Below are positions 1-8,100 of a DNA stretch of 27,705 bases, one piece after another. Both the position numbers and the translations under genes were made by a program. Numbering within the stretch: position 1 is the stretch's first letter; each line of letters starts with the position of its first letter. The notes under the pieces were generated by a model, which had not been told where the DNA came from, made no database searches, and was given only the letters and a program-made list of their open reading frames with translations. This stretch comes from a virus (taxonomy: Duplodnaviria > Caudoviricetes), in the IMG/VR virus record IMGVR_UViG_3300044701_002366, positions 1 to 27,705 of that record; one strand, given 5' to 3'.

Positions 1-1792
1 TAATAGTAATAGTTCCAGACATAGAAGAATGGAATTGGCAAATATAATAATAAGTTCCTGGTTTTACTCCATATGTATTCCATATTACTGTATCAGACTC
101 ACTACCATTTCCAGTTATTGTTCCAGTAGTAACTGCACTTGAAGTTCCAGTAACTTGTGCTGTTTTAATCCAGAAAGGATGTCCTGCAGCATTTACATTA
201 AATACTAGGACTGATCCTTCTTGAGCAGTTATAGAGATATCATTTCCAGAGCTATATCCAGAAAACACATAATCACTAGATCCATTATTGGTTACATCCC
301 AAGTAAATGTACTTCTTCCAGTCTCAGTAATTTGATTTGATTTTGCATAGTATTCTATATACTCAACTGCATCAGACTGCTTCATTCTTGGATATTGTTC
401 TAGTGCAGATGCAAGCACTCCACATACTTGTGGTGATGCCATACTAGTACCATCATATTTTCCTAATTTATATGCAGAATCTCTAGGATCATTTACTACA
501 GTAATAGACCCACCAGAAACTACTCCATTGTGAAGACAAGAAATAATATTATCCCCAGGAGAATATACATTAACTCTTGGGCCACAATTACTAAATGTTG
601 CCTTTGATTCATTAACTAGTGCACTTACTGCTCCAACAGATATTGCATTTCCTGAGGATGATACATAATCTCCTCTGCTATAATTTCTAGTAACTCCAGA
701 CCAAGTTATAGTATTATTATAATCAGCCCCACCAGGAATATCTATTTTTGTTGATTCATTTCCAGAAGCTCCAACAAATAAAACTCCATCTGCTATAGCA
801 TCTTCTATATCTACGGTTAAAGCAGTTGTCCAAGCTGGAATATACAAATAAGTTGCATCATAACTTCTAAGTCCTACAGAATCAAATAATAAATCTGTAA
901 ATGATGAGGTGTAACTAGTTCCTCTCCAGTTAATATTTGTTATGGTTGATCTAGTTATTTGATAAAATGCTCCCCAACTGTTATTGCAAATTGTTGGATT
1001 TTTTATTCCTAATGCTGAATTTATTGGTTTGGTATTATGAAATGCTCTAATATAATCAAAGATATAAGTTGAAGCTAAAGTATTTAAACTTGAAGAATAT
1101 GGATTTATATTGTAAATATTTACATCTCTTGCCCATCCTTGAGTATTTCCAGCTACAGATCCTCCAACATGCATCCCATGATTATTATCTGCAGTTAATG
1201 CTTCATCCCCAGCATCAGTATATGGAGTGTAGACATAAGTACCATTTACACCTCCAGTAACTAAAGAAGTTAATGAATACCAATTAAACTGATTGACTCT
1301 AGTTCCACCACTTCCATCTGAATTTTTGGCGAACTCTGGATGATTTGGATTTATGTGTCCATCAACTAAAATAAAATCTACATTCCTTCCAGAACTAGTT
1401 AAATTAATTGTTCCTGATACTTGAGAAGTTCCATTACTTCCCCAATTACTTCTTTGAGACCCCTCTACACATCTTAAAAGAGACCAGTTTTTTTGATTAG
1501 TTCCTGCAGTAGAACTTTTGTTCCACTCAGTAGATGTTTGAGTATATAAAGGTTTTCTAACAATATCTGTTAATGCAGATGCTGGACATATATCAAGAAC
1601 TCTATCATCTTCTTTTAATTTTTTTACTTCTTTTTCACTAAGAGTGTAATGAGTATTTCTGCTAATTGGTCTTCTTAATGAACACTTAACTTCTCTTTCT
1701 GGAACAAATTCTGTTCCCCCTGGAGTTTCCATATCATCATAAAATTGCTCCAACTCTTCATGAGATGCTAGAGATACAATATATTCTTTCAT
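1..1792 (-). CDS. S8 (subtilisin-like) serine protease with I9-like propeptide and C-terminal cupredoxin (type-1 copper) domain; 3'-truncated by window edge
   Basis: Absent from the ORF track. Hand translation from ATG 1792-1790 stays open to position 2 (597 codons). N-terminus MKEYIVSL...YTLSEKEVKKLKEDDRVLDI resembles an I9 prodomain. Catalytic motifs: VDFILVDG (Asp144, 1361-1363), NHGMHVGGSVAG (His205, 1178-1180), NNSWG, GASGN (oxyanion Asn345, 758-760), GTSMASPQVCG (Ser450, 443-445). C-terminal AGHPFWI...GTYYYICQFHSSMSGTITI. Confidence 0.9.
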   Translation of the reverse strand, partial: MKEYIVSLASHEELEQFYDDMETPGGTEFVPEREVKCSLRRPISRNTHYTLSEKEVKKLKEDDRVLDICPASALTDIVRKPLYTQTSTEWNKSSTAGTNQKNWSLLRCVEGSQRSNWGSNGTSQVSGTINLTSSGRNVDFILVDGHINPNHPEFAKNSDGSGGTRVNQFNWYSLTSLVTGGVNGTYVYTPYTDAGDEALTADNNHGMHVGGSVAGNTQGWARDVNIYNINPYSSSLNTLASTYIFDYIRAFHNTKPINSALGIKNPTICNNSWGAFYQITRSTITNINWRGTSYTSSFTDLLFDSVGLRSYDATYLYIPAWTTALTVDIEDAIADGVLFVGASGNESTKIDIPGGADYNNTITWSGVTRNYSRGDYVSSSGNAISVGAVSALVNESKATFSNCGPRVNVYSPGDNIISCLHNGVVSGGSITVVNDPRDSAYKLGKYDGTSMASPQVCGVLASALEQYPRMKQSDAVEYIEYYAKSNQITETGRSTFTWDVTNNGSSDYVFSGYSSGNDISITAQEGSVLVFNVNAAGHPFWIKTAQVTGTSSAVTTGTITGNGSESDTVIWNTYGVKPGTYYYICQFHSSMSGTITI

Positions 1793-1793
1793 T

Positions 1794-2492
1794 TTAGTTC
1801 TCTAATTGAAGTAGAGTTAAAGTAACTGTTATTGCTTGTTGAGAACCACTCTTATTATAAATTTTTGCATAAATGTTTCCAGATACAGAAACATCATTAT
1901 TAAACCCTAAAGCTCCTGGACTTATTAATTGAGTGGATGCTCCTGTAGTTATTACTTCAGCAACAACTCCAGATCCTGGCAATGGGTCTGTCCCCTCAGT
2001 CCTACTAGAATCTAAATCTCTTGATGTTGTATCAGTGTAGAGTGTAACCCATGCAGCAGCAGAAGTTTGAATTTTTAATAGTAAATATGATTTAAATCCA
2101 GATATTACTACATTAGCAGAAGAATTGACATTTAATGTTGGAGTAGTGCTTGAAACAGTAGTTCTAGATTGTAAACTACTTCCACCCCCTCCACCTCCAG
2201 AAGGTCCTTGTGGACCTATTGCACCAGATGTTCCCTGTGAACCTTGTGGTCCAACAATACTAGATCCCTGAATACCTTGTGGACCTATTGCTCCAGAAGA
2301 CCCTTGAGGTCCTCTTGCTCCAACAGAACCTTGAGGACCTTGTGCTCCTGCAGAAGCATTTAAAGTAGTCCCATCTCCAAATGTTGTATAGATCTCACTA
2401 AAGTTGCTATTAATTTTGGTTGCACCTTGCAGTAAACTGTCTCCAGTTCCATCATTAGGTGTAAACCCAGTAGATATTGTTTGCCTAGACAT
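1794..2492 (-). CDS. Short collagen-containing virion fibre protein with T4 gp9/gp10-like N-terminal attachment motif
   Basis: N-terminus RQTISTGFTPNDGTGDSLLQGATKINSNFSEIY matches the gp9/gp10-type motif (NDGTGDxLRxxxxKINxNFxELY). It is followed by 16 Gly-X-Y triplets, a Gly6 linker and a beta-rich C-terminal domain. Confidence 0.8.
   Translation of the reverse strand: MSRQTISTGFTPNDGTGDSLLQGATKINSNFSEIYTTFGDGTTLNASAGAQGPQGSVGARGPQGSSGAIGPQGIQGSSIVGPQGSQGTSGAIGPQGPSGGGGGGSSLQSRTTVSSTTPTLNVNSSANVVISGFKSYLLLKIQTSAAAWVTLYTDTTSRDLDSSRTEGTDPLPGSGVVAEVITTGASTQLISPGALGFNNDVSVSGNIYAKIYNKSGSQQAITVTLTLLQLEN
2199..2348 (-). repeat. Collagen-like Gly-X-Y repeat (10 + 6 triplets, 2-residue interruption)
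   Basis: GAQ GPQ GSV GAR GPQ GSS GAI GPQ GIQ GSS IV GPQ GSQ GTS GAI GPQ GPS. Exact 17-nt DNA direct repeat ccttgtggacctattgc at 2206-2222 and 2275-2291. Confidence 0.95.
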
Positions 2493-2511
2493 TATGTTGA
2501 CAGTTTATTTT

Positions 2512-2518
2512 TATTTAG
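2512..2518 (-). promoter_or_regulatory. T4-type late promoter core (CTAAATA) upstream of fibre + protease pair
   Basis: TAAATA core in the 26-nt gap right after the gp14 stop, 19 nt before the ATG. T4 late consensus is TATAAATA. Confidence 0.65.
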
Positions 2519-3895
2519 TTAAACTTCCCCAAATGGGTTTATTTCACTAAAGTCTATTATAGAATCTGCTTCTGATTCTATAACATCTCTATTATCATAT
2601 GTAGATTGTAATTCATATGTTTGGTACAATCTTAAGAAATATCTTGCACTTGATGCTGCACCAACAATTACATCTCCAACAGAAAAATCTGTTGCCATAC
2701 CGGATACTTTTAATATTTTGGTATCAGAATTCCAATCTTTGACAAAACCTATAGCACCAGAAATAGATCCAGAAACTTGCTCCCCAAATATAAAATTTCC
2801 GGAAGAAATAGTAGATCCTGCAGATATAGTTATAGTTGGTGTAGTAGTATATCCAAAACCTGCATTTACTATTCTAATAGTAGAGATTCCTCCAGAAGAA
2901 TTTAAAAATGCCTCTGCAATAGCAGTTGTTCCTCCAGATACTGGAGAAGAGAAAGTGACTGATGGTGGTTGCACATATCCAGTTCCTGAATATGTTACTG
3001 TAACTACACCAATGCTTCCAGTTGTAGATATACTAACTCTTGCACTAGCTCCATATCCACCTCCTCCAAATAATGATAATGATGGAGGATTTGATGCTGA
3101 ATAACCAAGTCCTGCATTTTGAATATAAATTTTCCTTAAACTCTTTCCTCCAGTTAATCCCCTAGATTCTGACATTACTCCAACAGCAGAAGCTCTAATG
3201 CCAGAATATGGTTCTCCAATTACAACTGTTGGGGATGATGTATATCTATATCCTCCACTAATAACATCTATTTTTTGTACTGCTCCATTGACTATTCCAG
3301 TATATGCAGTTGCAGTAATTCCCAACCCAGAAAGAGTTAATTCTGCACCATATCCAATTGGTTTCAACATTTGATCTACATTTTGAATTCCAGTAGATAC
3401 TTCATCATCTTCAAATTCATATAATTCACACTTTAATTCATACACATAATTTTTTTGAAGTTGATAGAATGGTTTTCTATTTTCCACATATTTAATTTCC
3501 ATTAAACTATCAGAAAGAGGAATATAAATTAAATCTCCCTCATTAGGTCTTAATGGATTTTTTACATTAACTATAGACTTCATTAATTCGCCAACATAAG
3601 TATCAAATCTTTCTTTTGATACTATGAGACTCATTTCGTCAGTAATCTTAACTCCAAATTTAGACATTAAAATGCTGTTAGAGTCAAACCCTTCATAACT
3701 CATTAAGTATGCTTCTATAGGAAAAGCATTTTTAAATTTTGAGAATAAAACATCTTTTATCACCTTTCCTTGAGAAAAGATTTGCCTTGGCATGTAATAG
3801 ACTTCTATGCCATACATTTTCAATTGTTCATTTACAAGATCTTGCAATAGACCTTGTTCTGTATTTGTGCCTTGAATGAAAAATGGATTTAACAT
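2519..3895 (-). CDS. gp14: Neck protein gp14 (head closure), extended form with inserted GxGY repeats
   Basis: EQGLLQDLVNEQLKMYGIEVYYMPR, RPNEGDLIYIP, EIKYVE..PFYQL.KNYVYELKCELYEF, C-terminal IIDFSEINPFG. Directly follows gp13. Confidence 0.92.
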   Translation of the reverse strand: MLNPFFIQGTNTEQGLLQDLVNEQLKMYGIEVYYMPRQIFSQGKVIKDVLFSKFKNAFPIEAYLMSYEGFDSNSILMSKFGVKITDEMSLIVSKERFDTYVGELMKSIVNVKNPLRPNEGDLIYIPLSDSLMEIKYVENRKPFYQLQKNYVYELKCELYEFEDDEVSTGIQNVDQMLKPIGYGAELTLSGLGITATAYTGIVNGAVQKIDVISGGYRYTSSPTVVIGEPYSGIRASAVGVMSESRGLTGGKSLRKIYIQNAGLGYSASNPPSLSLFGGGGYGASARVSISTTGSIGVVTVTYSGTGYVQPPSVTFSSPVSGGTTAIAEAFLNSSGGISTIRIVNAGFGYTTTPTITISAGSTISSGNFIFGEQVSGSISGAIGFVKDWNSDTKILKVSGMATDFSVGDVIVGAASSARYFLRLYQTYELQSTYDNRDVIESEADSIIDFSEINPFGEV

Positions 3896-3896
3896 A

Positions 3897-4727
3897 TTAT
3901 CCTATTAGATCCATAGGTGGTTCTTCATACTCTAGCATCATCCTATCTTTAATATCTTGCAATTCTCTTACTGCATCATCATATATTTGCCTTCCATTAA
4001 GTTCCACTCCTCCTGGAAGTTTTACTCCTTGGAATTTAATTAAATTTTGTCCCCACTGCTTTTTGATCAGTGAAGTCAAATATTTTTTTAAGAAAGAATC
4101 ATTCCATACATTAGTAGATTCTGATGGATCTAAAATTCTATAGCATTCTATAAGCAGATATTGGTCTTCTTTAACTGCATCCCAACTCATATCAATGTAA
4201 AGTCTATTTTGTCTTTTATTAAATCTCAATTGCCTTTGTGGATTGACAATCCAATCAATGTCTTCAAGATATCTTTTGGTTACATAGTAATTCAACATTT
4301 CAGTTGAACTAAACCAATATATGTCATTTAAAAATAATTGATAATTTACATTAAACAAATTAGATGCAATTGTTCTGTTATCTATTTTGAATACTTTTTC
4401 TATGCCAATTACAGAGTCTGGAACTGGAATATAATTACTATTCTCTTCCCATCCAAAAGTCCCTATTCCAGTAGTTACATTAGTAGTTACTATTCCTACA
4501 TTAAAATCTCCTCCCTTTGATCTTCCTCTTTGTATATCTTCTTCAGTTAATTTATACTTAAGAAACATTTTTTGAACGCCATCAAAATGCCTTTCTTGAA
4601 AATACTGAAGGGCTTCATCCACTCTATCATCTAATTGTTCTTCGGCAACATTTATTTCAAGAACTGGGGCACCAAGTTGCCTTAGGCAATAATCAATCAA
4701 TTGTTGTCTTGATGCTGGTTTTGCCAT
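3897..4727 (-). CDS. gp13: Neck protein gp13 (head-tail adaptor)
   Basis: MAKPASRQQLIDYCLRQLGAPVLEINV..EQLDDRVDEALQYFQERHFDG and IKKQWGQNLIKFQGVKLPGGVELNG are typical T4-like gp13 motifs. Confidence 0.95.
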   Translation of the reverse strand: MAKPASRQQLIDYCLRQLGAPVLEINVAEEQLDDRVDEALQYFQERHFDGVQKMFLKYKLTEEDIQRGRSKGGDFNVGIVTTNVTTGIGTFGWEENSNYIPVPDSVIGIEKVFKIDNRTIASNLFNVNYQLFLNDIYWFSSTEMLNYYVTKRYLEDIDWIVNPQRQLRFNKRQNRLYIDMSWDAVKEDQYLLIECYRILDPSESTNVWNDSFLKKYLTSLIKKQWGQNLIKFQGVKLPGGVELNGRQIYDDAVRELQDIKDRMMLEYEEPPMDLIG

Positions 4728-4742
4728 TATTCCAATACTTTT

Positions 4743-4937
4743 TTAACTATTTAGATCTGGGAAAGCATTAGCAATTGAAACTAAAGATTCTTGTTGTTTC
4801 AAATATAATTTAACATAGCATTTACAAATGTTCCTCATAAAATCTATATTTGTGCAAGTATCAATCTCTCTTGAAATCTTTTCAAATTCAAATAGTTTAT
4901 TAATACTTTCAAGTTTTAATTCTTCATGATCCATCAA
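4743..4937 (-). CDS. Small hypothetical protein (helical)
   Basis: 64-aa ORF co-oriented with the operon. Overlaps the upstream ORF by 14 nt and fills the gap before gp13. Confidence 0.7.
   Translation of the reverse strand: MMDHEELKLESINKLFEFEKISREIDTCTNIDFMRNICKCYVKLYLKQQESLVSIANAFPDLNS
4748..4754 (-). promoter_or_regulatory. T4-type late promoter core (CTAAATA) upstream of gp13
   Basis: TAAATA core 20 nt before the gp13 ATG, same spacing as at other late genes here. Confidence 0.65.
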
Positions 4938-5163
4938 TTAAATCCTTTAGTAAACATTTTATTTCATTAATAGAAGATTTTAACTCACCTAATTCATTTT
5001 CAAGGTTATCTATTCTAGACTTTTCTAAAATCTTTCTATTTTTCAACATAGTATAATGTCCAGATGAAATAGAATCTGTATTAATAATTGCATTAGTTGA
5101 AAGATCTCTCAATAAATTTGGATATCCTTCAACTTTTGCATATTTTATATCATCATTTGTCAT
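4924..5163 (-). CDS. Small hypothetical protein with C-terminal coiled coil
   Basis: KVEGYPNLLRDLSTNAIIN followed by heptad-like RIDNLENELGELKSSINEIKCLLKDLI. Start overlaps the upstream stop (ATGA), indicating translational coupling. Confidence 0.8.
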   Translation of the reverse strand: MTNDDIKYAKVEGYPNLLRDLSTNAIINTDSISSGHYTMLKNRKILEKSRIDNLENELGELKSSINEIKCLLKDLIDGS

Positions 5164-8100
5164 TTTAGTGCAATTGCTCTTAGATCTTTAATTATTGGAG
5201 TAGTTGCTTGTGATTTACTACTTCCAACAATTTTAATTTGAAATCCAGTAAATGTTGGAAGATTATCTGCAGTGAATGAATAATCTCTATACTCTCCTAA
5301 TCTACTTGATGGAACATTTGAATCAGGTCTTCCATCATTATCATCTTCATCTATAACTCTGGCATTTACATCTAAGTTTAAATATCCTGGGAATAATTGC
5401 CATACTTGATCTTCATCTGCAACATCATTTCTGAAAATTTTATATAAAACTCTGAAGTCTGAGTCAGAATCTCTTATTGCAGCACAAAGAACTTTCAATG
5501 AATTTGCACTTTCTTGAAGATCTATTCTAGTTGATACATGAACGAATGCATGAGGATCATTTAAATTAGAGTTTACTCTAGAGTCTGTTGAGTATGAGCT
5601 AATACCTACTGGTTGATTAATCCTATTAATTTCTGTAGACACATAAATCTGTTCTAAGTCAATTAATGGAGACACTTTAGAATCTTGAGTACTTAAAGTT
5701 AATTCTAAAGTAAATGATTTTGATCCAGGGAATTCTGTAGGATTGACAAAATCAGTTTCATTTTCTTTTGATGCAACCATTCTAACTGTTGGGAACACAG
5801 TAGTTTCATTTACATCAATATCTTCAAATCCTTGATCCACATAAGATGATTCTTGACCATCAACACTAGTGGATGAAATAGTTCTAATTCTTCCAGAAAC
5901 AGAAGTCTGATTAAATGAGGTTACAAAAACTTCATTAATTGAAAGTGTATTAAACTGCTGATTTTTTGAAGCATACACATCAGAACCTCCTCCAGATTTT
6001 ATATCAGTAAATGTGCTTCCTGCAGAAACTTGAACATAATAACTATCTAATGTTGGTTTGGGTGAAGAAACTACTGTATGTGTAGCATTAATTTTAGTTA
6101 ATGGAACCCCATTAAATTCATACTTATATACTAGAGAATTTATATCATGTGGCAAACTTATAGTACTAAATTGTGATCTAGTAATGTTAAGTAGTTGATT
6201 AGTAGTAACTGCCTCATATCTAATAATTTCATCATCAATTTTTATATACCCTGGATTTGTAGAGTTGACTATAGATCCATTGTAAGTGCCAAATATTGAT
6301 GTATTTCCTATACTAATTGCTCCAGTATCGGTAATTCCATAACCAACTGTTAGTTTTTCAGGAAGACTGTCACTTTGTACACCTATAATTTCAACTTTAC
6401 TTCCTACTGCATGTAATCCATGATTTTGATGGAATACTAATATATGCCTTCCATCATTTACAGGAGATTCTCCTAAAGTTGAAATTGCAACTATAGGATT
6501 ATTTTGTAAATTTCTTTCTTGAGCTCTAGTTGATATTTTTGCATTATAGAATCTTGCAGTTGCTGAGTTTGAAATAAACTCTGCTCTTTTTAGTATAAAT
6601 TTAAGATCATCTTCTGGACTTGGAACCCATGTGGCACCATTTTGAGACTTGAATAAAGTTCCAAGAGATGGTTGCTTATTGATGATAATCTTATCAAGTT
6701 CATTTTGATTTGCAGTACTAATTTCATTTTCCCCTATTCTAGAATGCCATACAGTATAAGCATCAGAATCTGATAGCAATACTATTGCATATTCTTTTCC
6801 ACCTTCAAGTCTTACTAAAGTATCAAAAGTAAATGTAGTTGCAGTTAAACTATTAGTACTAGTATTAACTTCGCTTGGCATTAGAACTTTTTCAAGTCCC
6901 CCAAGTCCACCCACTATGCTATTTGATCCCCCTGGATACCCATTTACGGTTTCTCTTATTTGTAAAGTTACAGGAACACTGAAATCTTTCTGTGCAAAAA
7001 ATACATCTACTGATGTTGGGATAATCCCATTTTCCTCATCAACTACAAATGTTTGAGCAAGTGGATCATAGAAAATGTTTCTAACTGTTGTAACTAAAGT
7101 TCCTGCAGTAAAGTAAGAAGTTTCTGCTGAACTTGGAAATTCTCCTGGAACACCTAATAATGGTCTAGAAGTTTCTAACTTAGCTGTAACTGATCCACTT
7201 GTTATTGCATTAGGTGGAATCCAAACTGATCCTTGAACAGTTCCATTAGTGTCAGTAACTAATCTATTATCTGCTATTATAGCAGTTGCCTTACTTGTTA
7301 ATCCATATACTCTAGCACCATTTTTAATATTTCCCCAATATTGAGATGGGAAAGGCTGAGATAAAGTTTCAATATCTATGTTTAGGAAAGAAGATTGTGG
7401 ACCATATAAAGTAGAAATTCCTACAGTTGGGGAATATGGATTAACTGTATATTTTGTAGTGGGATTATCTATTGGACCTTGTTTGTGATTTGGTGCGCAT
7501 AATCTACAAACACAAGTATCAACGCCATTAGTAACATAAATTGTTTCTCCAACTTGAAAAGATCCAGAAACACTAGTTATTTCTACTAATTTTGAAAATA
7601 CTGAAGTAGATCCTTCTGACAGATTTAATCCAGCAAATACAAAATTAAATCTAGTTGTTGGTTTTAATCTAGTGGCAGTGAACTTAATGTTTCTTGCCCT
7701 CATGTATGGAATTCTAGTAAAAAGAACTGCAGCTACTTCAATTTCACCACGCCTCCACCAATTTGGAATCCACCTATCTTCGTTTACAAAAACTGCCCAG
7801 TGATCATATGGTGGATTTAATTTAAGGTTTCCAATCCAAGTAGTAATATTATATGGGTTTACACTAACAGTTCTACTTGCAAAAGGTTGTTCAAAATATT
7901 TTACTTCACTATAATTTAATGATAATGTAGTTCCAGTTCTTTTAATATTGTTTGATGGTGTATCATTTATATTAATAGTTTCTATGGAATACTCACTATC
8001 AGATGGCAATAATGATAGATCTATTCTATTTCCTTCTTTTTGAGGCTTTAAAGTTTCATTTGAAATATCTGCACTATAAGATGGATCTTGAGTATCTGAT

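Noticed and set aside
20-181. Calling the copper motif a plastocyanin (petE) auxiliary gene
   Set aside because: It is in frame with the protease, has no signal peptide, and has a CxxHxxM loop rather than plastocyanin's CxxHxxxxM.
1069-1260. + strand 63-aa ORF
   Set aside because: Antisense to the S8 protease catalytic His region; no RBS and implausible composition.
2718-4520. + strand ORFs 2718-3104, 3883-4143 and 4338-4520
   Set aside because: Shadow frames opposite the well-supported gp14 and gp13 genes.
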